From: Naegleria gruberi
Lineage: Eukaryota
Direction: 5' to 3' (one strand)
NCBI GenBank assembly: GCA_000004985.1
Contig: GG739611.1
DNA length: 1,024 nucleotides
Below are positions 1-1,024 of the stretch, piece after piece. How positions within the stretch are numbered: the first letter of the stretch is position 1; each line of letters opens with the position of its first letter. Below the pieces are notes generated by a model that ran no database searches, was not told the DNA's origin, and saw only the letters and a program-made list of their open reading frames with translations. Both the position numbers and the translations under genes were made by a program.

Positions 1-614
1 GTATTTGTAGTATTATTATTTATAGATGATGTATTATTACTATTTATATTATTATTATTAGGAGATGAAATAGTTAAATTATTATAAGATGAACGATGTG
101 GACCTCTAGCACTTAAAAATCCATAATTATATGATTTATTCTTATTAGGAGTTGAAGATGATAAATTTAATGTTGAAAAATCATTTGAATGTCTATTATT
201 AATATTACTATTACTATTAGTAGTAGGTGTATTATTAGAAGATGATGAGGATGAATTAGGAGATGATAATTTAGATTGTTTTAAATTTCTAGGAGTTAAA
301 GTTCTAATTAATTGATTTCTAGGTGTTGATTCAATAATCATACCATTATAACAACTAATTGAATTTCTTAGTGATGTTGTTGTTGGTGATAACATCATGG
401 ATTGAAAATTAGTACCAACAATACCATTCATCATTGAACTTTGATTATTACCGCTATTAGGGCTTGTAAAATTACTATTATTATTACCATTATATGCTGG
501 TGATGATGATGATGTGGAACGACGTACTTGATCCATATCTAAACTTAGGCTTTTTCTACTAGTATTATTATTATTATTACTACTAGATGATGGTGGTGAT
601 GATAATGGATACAT
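1..614 (-). CDS. 5' portion of a gene for an Asn/Ser/Thr/Pro-rich low-complexity protein; the ORF continues beyond the left window edge
   Basis: Reverse-complement translation by hand gives an ATG at 614..612, preceded by an in-frame TAG that is the reverse complement of 624-626. At least 204 uninterrupted codons then run to position 1. Codon usage is strongly dictyostelid-like: AAT for Asn, TCA/AGT/TCT for Ser, CAA for Gln, GGT for Gly and CCA/CCT for Pro. The (ATT)n runs on the + strand become poly-Asn and the (TGA)n runs become poly-Ser, and every other frame on both strands is interrupted by stops. Short GC-richer islands sit in the AT-rich low-complexity sequence at about 91-112 (FLSARGPHRSSY) and about 513-540 (DMDQVRRSTS). 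Confidence 0.7.
   Translation of the reverse strand, partial: MYPLSSPPSSSSNNNNNTSRKSLSLDMDQVRRSTSSSSPAYNGNNNSNFTSPNSGNNQSSMMNGIVGTNFQSMMLSPTTTSLRNSISCYNGMIIESTPRNQLIRTLTPRNLKQSKLSSPNSSSSSSNNTPTTNSNSNINNRHSNDFSTLNLSSSTPNKNKSYNYGFLSARGPHRSSYNNLTISSPNNNNINSNNTSSINNNTTN
11..60 (-). repeat. (ATT)n/(AAT)n codon microsatellite tracts encoding poly-Asn; further tracts at 561-578, plus (TGA)n poly-Ser tracts at 501-512 and 588-602
   Basis: Runs of 3-6 perfect ATT or TGA triplets on the + strand, all in frame with gene A on the minus strand. These are homopolymeric amino-acid tracts typical of dictyostelid proteins. Confidence 0.75.
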
Positions 615-654
615 TCTTATTAACTAACTTTTATTAAGGCTTAAATTTAACTTT

Positions 655-668
655 GTAATATTATAATA
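655..668 (-). promoter_or_regulatory. TATA-like element (minus-strand AATATTATAATATT) about 45-55 nt upstream of the gene A ATG
   Basis: The + strand 655-668 reads GTAATATTATAATA, whose reverse complement contains TATTATAATATT. The position is consistent with a core promoter for gene A. The oligo(dT) run that usually lies between the TATA box and the transcription start in Dictyostelium is not evident, so this is a weak call. Confidence 0.25.
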
Positions 669-677
669 TTGATGATA

Positions 678-705
678 ATGTTGAATAATAATGATGTTGA
701 ATAAT
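678..705. repeat. Direct repeat of the 12-mer ATGTTGAATAAT (678-689 and 694-705, 16-bp period), flanked by GATGA/GATAG motifs, in the gene A upstream region
   Basis: Exact 12/12 match read directly from the sequence. The first copy is preceded by GATGATA and the second is followed by GATAG (705-710), giving about 17 nt per copy. The element sits about 65-95 nt upstream of the gene A ATG. Confidence 0.6.
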
Positions 706-870
706 GATAGTTGTCTAATGAGAGATGTGTATTTGTTTTAAATTTAACGTTATAGGTCCATTTTCAGAGATAATGTGAATGTACAAATTGTTAACATATA
801 CAAATTACCTTAATTGAATATTTTAATTTCCTTATTTATATCACTTATTGTAAATATTCAATAATAATAT

Positions 871-1024
871 TTAAGATGAATCACTATCAGATGAATCGGA
901 TGAATCACTATCACTATCAGATGAATCACTATCAGAACTATCACTATCTACATCACTTCCACTTGAATCTGAATCTAATGCATCTTTACTATCAATTTCA
1001 GATCTTAATCCAATTGGTTTTAAT
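871..1024 (-). CDS. 3' end of a gene whose product ends in an acidic Ser/Asp-repeat tail; stop codon included; the ORF enters from the right window edge
   Basis: The reverse complement of 874-1023 reads in one frame LKPIGLRSEIDSKDALDSDSSGSDVDSDSSDSDSSDSDSDSSDSSDSDSS, followed by a TAA that is the reverse complement of 871-873. Codons are GAT (Asp) and TCA/AGT/TCT (Ser), typical of Dictyostelium. The alternative + strand ORF from ATG 876 would give MNHYQMNRMNHYHYQMNHYQNYHY..., a His/Tyr/Met-rich artefact read antisense to the repeat. Confidence 0.65.
   Translation of the reverse strand, partial: LKPIGLRSEIDSKDALDSDSSGSDVDSDSSDSDSSDSDSDSSDSSDSDSS
875..949 (-). repeat. Imperfect tandem coding repeat with a 15-nt unit GATGAATCACTATCA and 9- and 21-nt variants, encoding (SDSDS/SDSSD)n
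   Basis: Exact copies of GATGAATCACTATCA lie at 875-889 and 920-934. Variants lie at 890-898 (GATGAATCG), 899-919 (GATGAATCACTATCACTATCA) and 935-949 (GAACTATCACTATCT). All copies sit in frame within the gene B tail. Confidence 0.8.

Larger units (their letters stand above)
615..870. other. Intergenic spacer between tandem minus-strand genes. It should contain gene B's 3' UTR with poly(A) site on the right side and gene A's promoter and 5' UTR on the left side.
   Basis: It lies between the TAA of gene B (871-873) and the ATG of gene A (612-614). No frame on either strand is open for more than about 25 codons. AT content is higher than in the flanking coding sequence and triplet periodicity is lost. 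Confidence 0.6.

Noticed and set aside
1-8. GTATTTGT at 1-8 recurring at 729-736
   Set aside because: A single 8-mer match in low-complexity AT-rich sequence is expected by chance. One copy is coding and the other intergenic, and they share no flanking similarity.
1-614. + strand reading of the (GAT)n/(ATT)n tracts as poly-Asp/poly-Ile coding
   Set aside because: All three + strand frames hit stops within a few dozen codons (e.g. ATGAACGATGTGGACCTCTAG at 89-109). Only the minus-strand frame is open across the whole 614 nt, and it starts with an ATG preceded by an in-frame stop.
741-770. A slightly GC-richer patch (AACGTTATAGGTCCATTTTCAGAGA) in the spacer, as a possible small RNA or conserved element
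   Set aside because: There is no convincing stem-loop, tRNA-like cloverleaf or box motif, and it is too short and unstructured to call an ncRNA. It is probably just gene B's 3' UTR.
803-810. A GTAATTTG on the minus strand (reverse complement of about 801-808) and AG dinucleotides upstream of the gene A ATG, as a possible 5' intron
   Set aside because: GTAA and AG occur by chance very often in 80% AT DNA. There is no open upstream exon frame with an ATG. I kept it only as a caveat in the intergenic finding.
876-1024. A + strand ORF starting at ATG 876 (MNHYQMNRMNHYHYQMNHYQNYHYLHHFHLNLNLMHLYYQFQILIQLVL...) with several in-frame ATGs
   Set aside because: It is the antisense reading of the GAT/TCA-rich SD-repeat. 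Its His/Tyr/Met-rich composition and rare codons (CAC, CGG) are atypical of an AT-rich genome. The minus-strand frame gives a clean Ser/Asp tail that ends in TAA with preferred codons.
1-1024. Possibility that the source is Plasmodium rather than a dictyostelid
   Set aside because: Plasmodium also has Asn-rich low-complexity proteins. Here poly-Ser is encoded by TCA, Gln by CAA and Gly by GGT, there are SD-repeat tails, and the intergenic DNA lacks long poly(A)/poly(T) homopolymers. All of this fits Dictyostelium better. It is not decisive without a database search.

Overview
The window is very AT-rich (about 75-80% A+T) and triplet-periodic, which points to a eukaryote, most likely a dictyostelid such as Dictyostelium. 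It does not look prokaryotic. Both codon-like frames that stay open lie on the minus strand, giving two tandem, same-orientation partial genes.

Gene A covers 1-614 on the minus strand. Its ATG is the reverse complement of 612-614, with an in-frame upstream stop at 624-626. The frame stays open to the left edge of the window. It encodes an Asn/Ser/Thr/Pro-rich low-complexity N-terminal region: MYPLSSPPSSSSNNNNNTSRKSLSLDMDQVRRSTSSSSPAYNGNNNSNFTSPNSGNNQSSMMNGIVGTNFQSMM...FLSARGPHRSSYNN...

Gene B covers 871-1024 on the minus strand and enters from the right edge. It ends with a TAA stop that is the reverse complement of 871-873, directly after an acidic Ser/Asp repeat tail: ...LKPIGLRSEIDSKDALDSDSSGSDVDSDSSDSDSSDSDSDSSDSSDSDSS*.

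Positions 615-870 are a 256-bp intergenic spacer. It should hold gene B's 3' UTR and gene A's promoter. It contains a TATA-like element and two short direct repeats.

I see no rRNA, tRNA, CRISPR array, transposon ends or prokaryotic defence or operon structure. Nothing here supports a novel 'system'. The interesting content is the low-complexity protein architecture, the codon-level tandem repeats and candidate cis-elements in the compact intergenic region.
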